From positions 42,776 through 106,775 of the IMG/VR virus record IMGVR_UViG_3300049491_000418: a stretch of 64,000 nt of DNA; one strand, written 5' to 3'. Origin of the DNA: a virus. The translations under genes and the position numbers were made by a program. How positions within the stretch are numbered: position 1 is the stretch's first letter; the number at the start of each line of letters is the position of its first letter. The notes under the pieces were generated by a model. It did not search any database, had not been told where the DNA came from, and saw only the letters and a list, made by a program, of their open reading frames with translations. Positions 27,881-37,783 of this stretch are shown piece after piece.

Positions 27881-28392
27881 ACACCACTACTTCCGTAACC
27901 ACCAGCACCTCTCTCAGTAGTAGAAAGTTCATCAACCTCTTCCCACTCAATAGTAGGTCTAGGAACTATAATGATTTGACCAATTCTATCTCCAACGTTG
28001 TAAACAGATACCTGATCTGTATCTTCAATGGTTTCTTTACCAAAGCAGACAAAATCAAAATAATCTGTTTCTACACCTTCTGCTAGAGTTTCAAAATCTG
28101 CAGCAAAGTAACCAGATGGTTTAAATTTTAGAAATATCTCTCCTCTATATCCAGGATCAATTACTCCTATAGAATTAGACAAGATTAAATCTTTTTTAGC
28201 ATTGCTGCTTCTAGGGAAGATAAGACCCATATAGTCTTTAGGAATTTCCATAGCTAACCCTGTTCCATACACTACATTACCATCTGCATCAAACTTCTTA
28301 GAAATTGCTACTATATCCATTCCAGAATCATCAGCTTTCATGTACTTAGGAATACATGCTTCAGGAACTAATTTTTTGATTTTTACTCTCAT
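27877..28392 (-). CDS. dut: Trimeric dUTPase
   Basis: SGMD, PRSS, GVIDPGYRGEI, RIGQ, RGAGGYGSSG. Confidence 0.95.
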   Translation of the reverse strand: MRVKIKKLVPEACIPKYMKADDSGMDIVAISKKFDADGNVVYGTGLAMEIPKDYMGLIFPRSSNAKKDLILSNSIGVIDPGYRGEIFLKFKPSGYFAADFETLAEGVETDYFDFVCFGKETIEDTDQVSVYNVGDRIGQIIIVPRPTIEWEEVDELSTTERGAGGYGSSGV

Positions 28393-29360
28393 TTTCTTTT
28401 GGCTTTTAATTGGGTTAATACTTCTTTTTCTACTGCAAGTAGCTCTTCAATATTTTCTTCAAGATAATCTTTCATCTTGTCTGCACCTTGACATTTAAAC
28501 TCTTTATATGAATACCAGGAAGCTGCTTTCTTTACAATATCAAATTCAATAGCATACTCTAGTATTTCACCAAGTTTATCAATACCATGTCCCCAATCAA
28601 TAGCAAATTTAGCTTGTCCAAATGGAGAAGATAGTTTATTCTTAATTACATCTACAGTAGTTTTATTGAGTTCATTTTCCTTATCATTCATCTTCCAGAT
28701 TTTCCATCTCACATCTGCATAAAACTTAATAGCCTTTCCTCCAGTAGTAATAGTTGATTCTCCCATAGAACCTATTGCATCTCTTAACTGTGATATTACA
28801 AATAATGTACAGTTATGGATATCCAACAGTCCTTTGATTTTCATACAGAACTTACTATTGTTCCTTGCTTGTAAAGCAATAGTGGAATCTCCCATCTCTC
28901 CTTGTAAAACAGCCTTAGGCATTGCAGCTGATTGACTATCTATAACTATACAGGATACAATATCCTTTTCTACAAGAGCTATAGCCATATCAAATCCTTC
29001 TTCCTGAGTCTCTGGTTGATAAATAAGAAGATTAGTTACATCTACACCAAGAGCTAAAGCATACTTCTTATCAAAGCTATGTTCATAATCAAATAGAGCT
29101 ACTCTCTTTTCAGGAAATGCTTTTTGATACTCAGCTATTTGATGCAATGTAAGTGTAGATTTTCCACAGGATTCTGGTCCAAAAAGCTCTATAAATTTAC
29201 CTACAGCTGTTCCTCCTGTACCCATGGCTTGGTTTAATTGCAGACTTCCTGTAGATACTATGGTTAGCTCTTCAGGGGTTAATCTTCCTAAACCATACTT
29301 TTTTTCAAGTGTGGCTATCATTACATCCATATCTGTTTTCTCTACTTTTTTTGCTCCCAT
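28389..29360 (-). CDS. recA: RecA-like recombinase
   Basis: STGSLQL, GPESCGKST, IVIDS, SQLR, TTGGKAIKFYA, KNK. Confidence 0.95.
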   Translation of the reverse strand: MGAKKVEKTDMDVMIATLEKKYGLGRLTPEELTIVSTGSLQLNQAMGTGGTAVGKFIELFGPESCGKSTLTLHQIAEYQKAFPEKRVALFDYEHSFDKKYALALGVDVTNLLIYQPETQEEGFDMAIALVEKDIVSCIVIDSQSAAMPKAVLQGEMGDSTIALQARNNSKFCMKIKGLLDIHNCTLFVISQLRDAIGSMGESTITTGGKAIKFYADVRWKIWKMNDKENELNKTTVDVIKNKLSSPFGQAKFAIDWGHGIDKLGEILEYAIEFDIVKKAASWYSYKEFKCQGADKMKDYLEENIEELLAVEKEVLTQLKAKRK

Positions 29361-29596
29361 AATCTTTCTTTAATTTGTTTTTCTATTATCATTTCATCTT
29401 CAAAAACATATCTATATTTAGGATCTTTATATTGTTCCTCTACAAAAAAGTTCATTTTCTTTAATATTCTAAAGAAATTAGTGTCTTTGGTTTCAACAGC
29501 TAAAATAAAATGGCTTTCTGAATAACCACATACTACTCCCTGATACTTGTCATGTATAACAACAGTACCTTTTAGATTCTCATATATTTCTTCCAT
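29342..29596 (-). CDS. Hypothetical protein
   Basis: 84 aa ORF in operon. Confidence 0.7.
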   Translation of the reverse strand: MEEIYENLKGTVVIHDKYQGVVCGYSESHFILAVETKDTNFFRILKKMNFFVEEQYKDPKYRYVFEDEMIIEKQIKERLWEQKK

Positions 29597-29598
29597 AA

Positions 29599-30150
29599 TT
29601 AAACAAATGTTTCTAATTTTACAGTATTTAATACTTCTCTTTCTTTTTCATAAGCTTGCCAGACTTCCTGATCAGCACTCAGTCTTATTCCCATTTTATC
29701 TTCCCAAAAATCTACTAAATCTTTAGTTTTATTAAAGATTCTAAATTGTAGAGATACTTCTTCAGAAACAACACCTGCTCTGAAAATTTTAATAGTTTTA
29801 TTGTAAATGGATTGAAAAGCTTTAGAAGTTTTAGAATACTTACCTTTTCTGATCAAATTAAAATCATTGATATATTTTGTGTCTAATTTATAAACAACAA
29901 CAACAAATCCCTTACCATAATCATAATCTTCAATAATATTGGTTGTTCTTTCATATTCCTCATCCAGAAAAGCTCTAAACGTTCTGAAATCTGTTGGTTT
30001 AAATAGTAAATAAACACAATTAGGATACTGAACATCATGTCCCTCATCATATTCATAACTATTGATAAAACCATTCTCTGTTAACCTTTCCCTAGGAATC
30101 TTTAAGGTTGGTAGCATGAAAATTGTAGAAATTGTTTTTTTAAGTTCCAT
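29599..30150 (-). CDS. Hypothetical protein
   Basis: 183 aa ORF in operon. Confidence 0.75.
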   Translation of the reverse strand: MELKKTISTIFMLPTLKIPRERLTENGFINSYEYDEGHDVQYPNCVYLLFKPTDFRTFRAFLDEEYERTTNIIEDYDYGKGFVVVVYKLDTKYINDFNLIRKGKYSKTSKAFQSIYNKTIKIFRAGVVSEEVSLQFRIFNKTKDLVDFWEDKMGIRLSADQEVWQAYEKEREVLNTVKLETFV

Positions 30151-31207
30151 TTTGTTTAATGTTTACAAGTCCTTTATTTTCATAGTTAGTTCTGCTGATA
30201 TTCCAAATATCATTCTCCTGTGCCCAAGTTAGATCTTCAATAAGATTTTTTACACCTGGGTATGTTTTATCATTCCAAGTAAATCCAAAGTAAGCATCTG
30301 CTATATCCTGAGTATCCATTGTATATATTAGTGGACTATAATAATTTATACTATCACAGACAATAAATTGAGGAAATACAGCATTATATCCAAATAAAAT
30401 ACTATCCTCTTGTTGTGTAAGATAGTTTACTGCTCTAAAATATAATAGACCTTGAATATAAGCTCTTCTATACAAATAATAATCATTATAGAAATTCTCA
30501 ACAGACCATACACACTTTAAATCATAGATATAAGCTTTGTTTTCTACTTTGTCAAGTATAACCTTATCAAGCATGGATTTGAATTCATGTCCATCAACAA
30601 AATAACCATCAATCTGGAATTGATTCAGTACAGTATATCTTTCATCAGAAACTCTATTAATAATATCTCTGGTAAATTCATTATTCTGTAACTCCTCAAC
30701 AATTTTCTCAGCATTGGTAACATCCTGGGCTGTTATTACTATGAGTTTCTTACGTCTAACTTCTCTGATTTCTCTATAGTAAATCTCAGCACTGCTTCCT
30801 AGGAATTTAGATAGAACATTTTCTTTGGAGATTTTAAATCCTGAAGCCTTATAAGCTTCTTCAACCATTTCCTCCATTGGTCTTGCTACAACACCAAATC
30901 CATCAGCAGCAGCATCAGTAATCTTATACAATGCTTCTACAAATTCTAACATGAGTCCTGTGGGTATTGATACCGTGGAAGACATGTAGAACCTGTTGTC
31001 AAACTCCTCTGGCTCAAGAAGTAATGTCTCTACCAGTTTACCCATATTAGTGGCAAGATTATCTTTCTCTTCCACTGTTTCTCTAAGATAATGCTTTTTG
31101 TAATACTTTCTTCTGTCCATTGAAAAGTCTTTCAAACTGGAAGAAGAGTCTTTTTCAATAGCTCTATACTTAGCTTCTTCTTTGGTTTTGTTTACACCTT
31201 TAATCAT
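30140..31207 (-). CDS. PD-(D/E)xK exonuclease (RecE/Cas4-like)
   Basis: SSSSLK, MGKLVE, KSMLDKV...IYDLK...YIQ..LY; start revised to 31207. Confidence 0.8.
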   Translation of the reverse strand: MIKGVNKTKEEAKYRAIEKDSSSSLKDFSMDRRKYYKKHYLRETVEEKDNLATNMGKLVETLLLEPEEFDNRFYMSSTVSIPTGLMLEFVEALYKITDAAADGFGVVARPMEEMVEEAYKASGFKISKENVLSKFLGSSAEIYYREIREVRRKKLIVITAQDVTNAEKIVEELQNNEFTRDIINRVSDERYTVLNQFQIDGYFVDGHEFKSMLDKVILDKVENKAYIYDLKCVWSVENFYNDYYLYRRAYIQGLLYFRAVNYLTQQEDSILFGYNAVFPQFIVCDSINYYSPLIYTMDTQDIADAYFGFTWNDKTYPGVKNLIEDLTWAQENDIWNISRTNYENKGLVNIKQNGT

Positions 31208-31457
31208 CTTCAGTTTTGTTAGGTACCCATTTATAATTATGTAATCTATAATCATCTCCTCCTTTTTTATCTTTAAACCAAGGAGAAGTAAAAACTACAT
31301 TATTTGCTAGACTATTAGGGCTAATGGTCATAAAATCATCTCCATATTGGACAATAAGGTCCTCCCCTTTTTGAATACATTCATTAACTATAGCTTCACT
31401 TATAGAAGCAAATAGTTTACCATTTATATTAGTTATTTTTTGGATTAGAAATTTCAT
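31200..31457 (-). CDS. Hypothetical protein
   Basis: 85 aa ORF. Confidence 0.65.
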   Translation of the reverse strand: MKFLIQKITNINGKLFASISEAIVNECIQKGEDLIVQYGDDFMTISPNSLANNVVFTSPWFKDKKGGDDYRLHNYKWVPNKTEDD

Positions 31458-31468
31458 CTTTTTTAGTT

Positions 31469-31951
31469 TTAAATATTAAGTAATTTACAAATAGTTCTAA
31501 AAGTATTAATGTCTTTACATTCTCCTCTAAATGTAGGAGCACTATAATAATCTTCAACTAAAGAGGGATCTTTGATTAAAAGTGCTATCTGATTAGTATT
31601 AAAATACCAACCTAACATATAATTTTTATCTTCTCTAAAAAAAACATAATTCATTTTTTCTAAAGAAATTTTATTATCATACTCTGTTATAAAAGAAGTC
31701 CAACCTTCTCCTTCTATTTGTTCCTTAGTAAGATAAGGAACTCTAATAGGTTGATAACCATCATCCATTCCTATTAGAATGTCTTCAATTTCAGAAGTAT
31801 ATGCACCATCTTCTTCTTGAAGTTTTATCTTAATAGGAATCCAGTTATCTTTACCTAGATTGAAGGTTTCAAATCCATAATTATCACAATACTCACATTC
31901 ATAACCAATATGAATATCCTCTTTATCTGGTATAAAATATTTACTTTCCAT
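31469..31951 (-). CDS. Hypothetical protein
   Basis: 160 aa ORF. Confidence 0.7.
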   Translation of the reverse strand: MESKYFIPDKEDIHIGYECEYCDNYGFETFNLGKDNWIPIKIKLQEEDGAYTSEIEDILIGMDDGYQPIRVPYLTKEQIEGEGWTSFITEYDNKISLEKMNYVFFREDKNYMLGWYFNTNQIALLIKDPSLVEDYYSAPTFRGECKDINTFRTICKLLNI

Positions 31952-32345
31952 CTCTAGTGTTCTTGTTATCTATTAAACTCTTATCCTTATGACAGTCTTT
32001 ACAAATACACTGAAGATTATCTACTTCACAAAATAGAGATTCTACAAAGTTAGGAAGATCCTGTGCATTATTTAAAGACCCAACAGGTTTTATGTGATCA
32101 ACATCAATCTCAGTTCCTTTAAACCATTTTTTACAGACATTACATTGGTATTCCCATTTCTGTCTAGTATTAGGACCTTTATAGGCACGTTTAGCTTTAT
32201 CCCTACATAAGCTTATAGGTTTCCATACTATACTCCGTCTTCTCAGTGAATTTCTAATAAACATCCAAAAGGATGATTCTGAGAATGTACCAGCATTTCT
32301 ACTTTTAACTACTTTGCTTGCTCTCTTATATGCTCTCTTTTTCAT
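31941..32345 (-). CDS. HNH endonuclease
   Basis: YQCNVC...DVDHI...NLQCICKDCH. Confidence 0.85.
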   Translation of the reverse strand: MKKRAYKRASKVVKSRNAGTFSESSFWMFIRNSLRRRSIVWKPISLCRDKAKRAYKGPNTRQKWEYQCNVCKKWFKGTEIDVDHIKPVGSLNNAQDLPNFVESLFCEVDNLQCICKDCHKDKSLIDNKNTRDGK

Positions 32346-32358
32346 AATTAAAAGGATT

Positions 32359-32389
32359 AAAAGGACATTAGATTGCTCTAATGTCCTTT
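32359..32389 (-). terminator. Intrinsic terminator
   Basis: AAAGGACATTAGA-loop-TCTAATGTCCTTT stem with a T-tract on the - strand. Confidence 0.75.
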
Positions 32390-32397
32390 GTTAGAAA

Positions 32398-33783
32398 TTA
32401 GTCAATTATATTAACTCTTTTAGTTATTTTATTTTTCATTTCTCCTAGAGAAAGCACAATACTGTTTATCTCAGTAGTAGATATGCTTGGAAGATTGAAC
32501 TGATATTTAGAAGCTTCAGCTGTAAATCCTTCTTTTACTTTTTCAACCAACCCTTCAAGTTCACGGAGAGCATATTCCTCATCCAATTGAAGGAAATCAA
32601 AATCATTAGAATTCATTATTGTATTAGCTTCTGCAACATTGGTTGTCATAAATGGCAAATATTCCCAACATCTACCTTTTTCCCTACCAATACCTACAAC
32701 TTTCATAGGATTATGGAGAGTGAATACAGTTGTATCACCACACAATACATATGGTGCTGTGTGACCAGCAAAGTGTAATCCAGCTCTAGCACAATCTTGA
32801 GTACTCCAATCAGCTTTTTCTTTAGGCATACTTACCACTTGACCAATTCTAATATCAAAAGTTTTAGTCCAGTTGTCAGTAAATCTGTTTTGAGTCATAT
32901 TTGGTAAATCCAAGTATAACTGAGTAAGGTTTCCAAGATTTTTACCTACAAAATCTTTATCTTTATAAAATTGTTTAATTTGAAAACAGTCATCACTTTC
33001 TATAACACAGTATTCAGCTGGGTTTTTCTTCCAAACAGCTTTAACTTTATTATAAGCATTGCTGATAAACTCAACCAAATCACTGTCTCCATTGTTATTG
33101 ACTACTACTACATTTCTAAGAGCAACAAAGAAGCCTTGTTTAGTAATCTTCATACCATTTTGGTGTAAGAAGTTATACAAACTATCAGCAACCTCAGCTC
33201 TAGGATTCAAACAACACCACATGAAGAAGTTTTTCAACCCTACATATTCATCATCTTCATTCAATGATTCTTGAAGATGTTCATTAGATTGACCTACATC
33301 ATGCATACCAACAATAGCAGCAAATTTATCCAATAGCAATGGTGGAATAGTTCTACTAGTTCCTCTTAAATACACACATTTGTTATCTACAGTAAAGTCT
33401 TTAAGTTTCTTTAGACTAGAAAATCCTGTAGCAATTTGTGTTAATTTAGCAGCTTCTTTTTTGGTTTCTGCTATTTCTGCAGCAACCTCCCTATCTTCAA
33501 TAATAGCCAAAATATCTTCTATAGAAGAAGCTTTTTGTACTCTAAGATAATCTTGTTCTGTAGCATTAGGTTTGGTGACAATATCACCATCCCTAAGAAC
33601 CACAGTTAAAGTTTCATTAACAAGCTTGATAGTTATATATGGTTTTGCTTCTACAGGAGTAATTTTTCCTGTAATTACATGTTCCACAACATTATTAAGT
33701 CTGTCTTCTAAAACTTTGTCAATAGCTTTTTCTGCTCTCTCTTTGAACCATTTCATAGAGAGAAATTTTTCTTTTTTTCCCAT
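32398..33783 (-). CDS. rIIB: rIIB-like protein
   Basis: NFF..C.LNP....DSLYNFL....KIT..GFFVA.R; IGQVVSMP...C..GLHF; adjacent to rIIA. Confidence 0.8.
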   Translation of the reverse strand: MGKKEKFLSMKWFKERAEKAIDKVLEDRLNNVVEHVITGKITPVEAKPYITIKLVNETLTVVLRDGDIVTKPNATEQDYLRVQKASSIEDILAIIEDREVAAEIAETKKEAAKLTQIATGFSSLKKLKDFTVDNKCVYLRGTSRTIPPLLLDKFAAIVGMHDVGQSNEHLQESLNEDDEYVGLKNFFMWCCLNPRAEVADSLYNFLHQNGMKITKQGFFVALRNVVVVNNNGDSDLVEFISNAYNKVKAVWKKNPAEYCVIESDDCFQIKQFYKDKDFVGKNLGNLTQLYLDLPNMTQNRFTDNWTKTFDIRIGQVVSMPKEKADWSTQDCARAGLHFAGHTAPYVLCGDTTVFTLHNPMKVVGIGREKGRCWEYLPFMTTNVAEANTIMNSNDFDFLQLDEEYALRELEGLVEKVKEGFTAEASKYQFNLPSISTTEINSIVLSLGEMKNKITKRVNIID

Positions 33784-33785
33784 TT

Positions 33786-36107
33786 TTAGTTGTTTAGTGT
33801 TAATTGTTCTATTGTTTCTTCCGTGATTGGCTCTATAATATCTTCATTAAGAACCAGTTTGTAATTTGTATAATCAATTCTAATTCTATTATACTTAAAT
33901 AAATCAACAAGTATTTGTAACTGATTTGGTTTTAAAGTAGTATTGTAATTAACAGTGATTAATCCCATTACTGTATCTATAAAATTAAAGTTATCAAGTA
34001 ACTCTTTTACAGCTTTGTATTCAGTATAAATAGTTTCATCAAACAGATTGTGTTCTTCTGCTATAGCTACTAAATTTGGATATACTGAACCGTCACCAAT
34101 ACTGGAATAGTTTTTCTTATCATAAGCTTTTAACATTTCCAAGTGTTCAAATAAGTCCTTACTAACTGTTTGCATAATGTTTACTTTCTGAAACACATTA
34201 TAATACTTATTGATAAGTTCATGTATCAAATGACCTGTTACAAGTCTTTTAACTGGTTTGTTTTTACCTTCCATAAATTTGTCTATTGAAATGAAATTGT
34301 GAAAATCAAGAGTTTCTGCTACTTTATGTTCTCTTTCTGAAAGAACAAAGTATTTTATCTTTTGATTAGCTGATATAGAATAAAGTTGATCAATCAGTAC
34401 TTCATCTTTAACCTTTCCATAGACATTAAGCTGTTTGGTAGACTCAATATTCTCTACCTTCAGCACATTAGGAACAAGTTTACTATTTTTATTACTGACA
34501 AATCTTTGAAGATCTTCTGCCATTCTACAGTTGATTTCTCCTTGAAGTTTTACTCTTTTGGTTCCACCATTAGTTGTAGATACTCTCTTTTTCTTTCTAG
34601 CATCTAGCCAAACTTGTGGAACATTTATAGTATCTGCATTTTCAAACTTATGAGTAAGCTCAATAATAATCTCCTGGAATTCTTTAATTCTAGCTCTCCA
34701 GGTTGCTTTAGGATATTTATAAAGTTCTAATAAATTTGTATAATTATCATAAGTCTGATTTTTACTCTTATTTCTAAGAGTAAGATTTTTAGATTTTTTA
34801 ACAAACTTGATAGGATTCCAATCATTCAGAGGAAGTAAAGATTTTATATAAGATTTTTTATTCCCAACAAGCAATTCATCATAAATAAATACTCTTTTGT
34901 CATTAATTACTTCATTATAACTTAAATGATATTGATGACCATTACATTGTCTAAACTTATCTCTAACAAACTCTATATGAGTTCTATACTCATAAAACAT
35001 ATAATCTTTGTTTCTATAAAGATTTTGAAAATCAGTCAGAACATACTTTTTGTAAGTAGGTTTTATGAATTTGCTTTTGGCAAAACCAACTAACTTACTG
35101 GCATCAATATTTTGTCCTGCAATCTGTACAATTCTGGCTCCATTAGAATAATAAGTAAAGATTTCTTTTATATTTTTACAATCAATATTGTTCTCATTAT
35201 ACTTTTGAACAAAATACTCAGAAACCAAGTCTATTTTATCTTTGATGAGTTTTTTAGCTTGAGATGAGTATATTAATTGCTCTCTGTTAGGAGTTGGAAA
35301 TAAACCATCAGAGAGACCAAATCTCAAACCTAATGGAAGTGGTATGATAGAAATACCTAATTTTTGGAAATCTAGAGGATAATATACATTATCCAGACAG
35401 ATATGTACATTATGATCCCCATTCAACTCAGAGATTTGAAAGTGCTCTGATCTATGAATTTGGAATTCATTGGTAACTATAGTGTTTTGTACATTTACAT
35501 CAAAATAAACACTTTCAAAGTAAGCAAGTTGTTCAGCAATCTTATCTCTGAAATGGTATTTGTCTTGAAATTTAACAGGAACAATAATCTTCACTCCATT
35601 TCTTTGATCTGTAGGAGTTTCATAAAGTAAATCAATAGTATTCACATCCTCACCTTCATACATCATATACTTACGTTCTACTCCATCCTTTCTACAAACA
35701 AAATAGAAACTTGAACTATAAGCTAATGGAGATTTGAATCCTAGTCCCATCATACCAATTTCAGTAGCACTTTCTCTTTTGGTAGACTTACCATATTTGC
35801 TGATGATGTTCTCCACATCATCAGCATCAAGGCCAGTTCCAAAATCTTCAACAGAGAATTCATAATTGTTTTGGGAATTCACTTTTAAAGAAACAATAAT
35901 AGCCTCTGCTACTCCTGCTCTTCTATGACTATCTAGTGCATTTGATGCGCACTCTCTTACAGTTGATCCAATAGGATCTGAATAAAGGTTTTTACTTAAC
36001 ATTTGCATAAGTACTTGTGCACTTTCCATATCTAAGCTCATTCCTATACTACTTTGTGATTGTCCCTCCTCCAATACTTTGTTTAGAATTTGTTTTTCAT
36101 TTATCAT
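33786..36107 (-). CDS. rIIA: rIIA-like protein (N-terminal GHKL/HSP90-type ATPase)
   Basis: LYSDP..STVRECASNALDSH, DFGTGL, STK, GMMGLGFKSP, PNRE. Confidence 0.85.
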   Translation of the reverse strand: MINEKQILNKVLEEGQSQSSIGMSLDMESAQVLMQMLSKNLYSDPIGSTVRECASNALDSHRRAGVAEAIIVSLKVNSQNNYEFSVEDFGTGLDADDVENIISKYGKSTKRESATEIGMMGLGFKSPLAYSSSFYFVCRKDGVERKYMMYEGEDVNTIDLLYETPTDQRNGVKIIVPVKFQDKYHFRDKIAEQLAYFESVYFDVNVQNTIVTNEFQIHRSEHFQISELNGDHNVHICLDNVYYPLDFQKLGISIIPLPLGLRFGLSDGLFPTPNREQLIYSSQAKKLIKDKIDLVSEYFVQKYNENNIDCKNIKEIFTYYSNGARIVQIAGQNIDASKLVGFAKSKFIKPTYKKYVLTDFQNLYRNKDYMFYEYRTHIEFVRDKFRQCNGHQYHLSYNEVINDKRVFIYDELLVGNKKSYIKSLLPLNDWNPIKFVKKSKNLTLRNKSKNQTYDNYTNLLELYKYPKATWRARIKEFQEIIIELTHKFENADTINVPQVWLDARKKKRVSTTNGGTKRVKLQGEINCRMAEDLQRFVSNKNSKLVPNVLKVENIESTKQLNVYGKVKDEVLIDQLYSISANQKIKYFVLSEREHKVAETLDFHNFISIDKFMEGKNKPVKRLVTGHLIHELINKYYNVFQKVNIMQTVSKDLFEHLEMLKAYDKKNYSSIGDGSVYPNLVAIAEEHNLFDETIYTEYKAVKELLDNFNFIDTVMGLITVNYNTTLKPNQLQILVDLFKYNRIRIDYTNYKLVLNEDIIEPITEETIEQLTLNN

Positions 36108-36140
36108 GGCTTTAAAAAATTTAATTTAGTTAATGTTTTT

Positions 36141-36539
36141 TTATTTTGCTGGAAAATTAAGTGTGTGTAATAACTTTCTACCTTCTTGATAACTAATTTC
36201 TGTTTCTCCAGCATCTAAGAAGAACTCCTCAGGATTAGGAATTTTAAATGCTCTATTAGTAATTTGATCAAATTGAATAATATAATCTTTTGAAAAGGTT
36301 TTAAATTCTAATCCATTGCTAAATCTCTTTTGATACCAAGTATTAACTTTGTTACCTTTTATAAAATCATCATATTGATCTTTAACATATTTAACACCTC
36401 TAAAGGATAGGAACTTTAATGAACCATATTGTCCAGCTTCTACAAACCAGCCAAATGTCATAGCATTGTTATAAGCTATACCTACAACATCTCCTGTTTT
36501 TAATTCTCCTCCGATATTTAATTTAATTACTTTCTTCAT
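36141..36539 (-). CDS. Hypothetical protein
   Basis: ORF; start revised to ATG 36539. Confidence 0.65.
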   Translation of the reverse strand: MKKVIKLNIGGELKTGDVVGIAYNNAMTFGWFVEAGQYGSLKFLSFRGVKYVKDQYDDFIKGNKVNTWYQKRFSNGLEFKTFSKDYIIQFDQITNRAFKIPNPEEFFLDAGETEISYQEGRKLLHTLNFPAK

Positions 36540-36714
36540 TTTTCTCTCTTTTTTTAAATTCTTCAATCATTGCTTCTGCCATATCAAAAGCTTGTTTAGC
36601 AATTTCTTTTTCCATAAATATGGTACCTCCAGAAACAGTTATTAGCCCTGGTAATGATATACCTGCATATAACCTTAATGAATCATTATATTCTTCTTTT
36701 TCTTGTTCTGTCAT
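36523..36714 (-). CDS. Small hypothetical protein
   Basis: 63 aa ORF. Confidence 0.65.
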   Translation of the reverse strand: MTEQEKEEYNDSLRLYAGISLPGLITVSGGTIFMEKEIAKQAFDMAEAMIEEFKKREKNEESN

Positions 36715-36739
36715 GTTTTCTAAATTTTAATTGTTAATT

Positions 36740-37471
36740 TTAAAAAGGAGGGTCAACAGGTAACCACAGTATAGTTTCTTTATTAGTGTTCCAAATAGCT
36801 TTATTAATTTTAGTAAAAACTCCTTCTGTTTCCCATATTTTACCAGTATATATAGCAGAATCAGGTTGATTTAGCACAAAAGAAGGATTAGTTCTAGCTG
36901 TTAATATTCCAAATGCTCCTGCTTGTGCACCAAGATAAAGAATAGGTACTCCTGTAGAAGAAATCACTTCTGTTAATAAAAATGTTGTAAAAGGATTCCA
37001 GATATCTAAATGACTTCCAGGTTTATCCTTTTCCACAGTAAGTGCTATATTTAATAGTAACACCCCTTGTGAGCTCAAATAACTTAAATCATAATCATTA
37101 ATATAATTTAAGTTTAAACCATCAAATAATTCTTTCTCAATCCCAGAATAAAAGTTCTGTAAGGTAGGCTGAACTCTAGCTGTTATACTACAATCCATAG
37201 CCACACCTGAAGCTACAGGACTTTCATTAACAAATTTGAAATAAGGATCTTGACAGACAATAACACACTTCAGTTCTTCTATAGGAGTTTCAATGAAAGC
37301 CCTATATGTATTCATAGATGCAGGAGCAATCTTTTTACCTGCTTGTGCCTGTCCTCTGAGAAAAGAATATACTGGATCCAAACCTCCTTCATCAAAGAAA
37401 GGTTTAATCTTGCTAGCCCATGTTCCAAACAAAGGCTGGAATTTCTTCCAATCAAGCTGGGTCTTTGGCAT
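36740..37471 (-). CDS. ung: Family 1 uracil-DNA glycosylase, divergent
   Basis: VIVCQDPY, QGVLLLN..LTV, PGSH...W; the HPS motif is replaced by QPD. Confidence 0.85.
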   Translation of the reverse strand: MPKTQLDWKKFQPLFGTWASKIKPFFDEGGLDPVYSFLRGQAQAGKKIAPASMNTYRAFIETPIEELKCVIVCQDPYFKFVNESPVASGVAMDCSITARVQPTLQNFYSGIEKELFDGLNLNYINDYDLSYLSSQGVLLLNIALTVEKDKPGSHLDIWNPFTTFLLTEVISSTGVPILYLGAQAGAFGILTARTNPSFVLNQPDSAIYTGKIWETEGVFTKINKAIWNTNKETILWLPVDPPF

Positions 37472-37634
37472 CTTCTAATATTCTTTTAAGATCTCTTATA
37501 ATATCAGTATAAACACCTTGCTTAGCTGCTAATCTAACTTTAGTCAAATTATCATTAGCTTCACTATGCATTTGTTTAAGATAAGCTACTCTTTTTTCAT
37601 AGCTTTCAATCTCTTCTTGAAGTCTTTCTCTCAT
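37452..37634 (-). CDS. Small coiled-coil hypothetical protein
   Basis: 60 aa ORF. Confidence 0.6.
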   Translation of the reverse strand: MRERLQEEIESYEKRVAYLKQMHSEANDNLTKVRLAAKQGVYTDIIRDLKRILEDAKDPA

Positions 37635-37783
37635 GACTGTGATATTTTAATGTTTGTTCCTAGAAATATCTCTAGTATTGCCTCTAGGTTTTCAATACCT
37701 ATACACTCCACAAGATCCCCTTCTGAAGTTTCCAACCATTCAGTATTATCTTGAATAGTTTGTATTAAATCTTCTGTACTCAT
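37631..37783 (-). CDS. 50-aa hypothetical protein (absent from track)
   Basis: MSTEDLIQTIQDNTEWLETSEGDLVECIG...SQS*; ATGA-coupled at both ends. Confidence 0.65.
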   Translation of the reverse strand: MSTEDLIQTIQDNTEWLETSEGDLVECIGIENLEAILEIFLGTNIKISQS

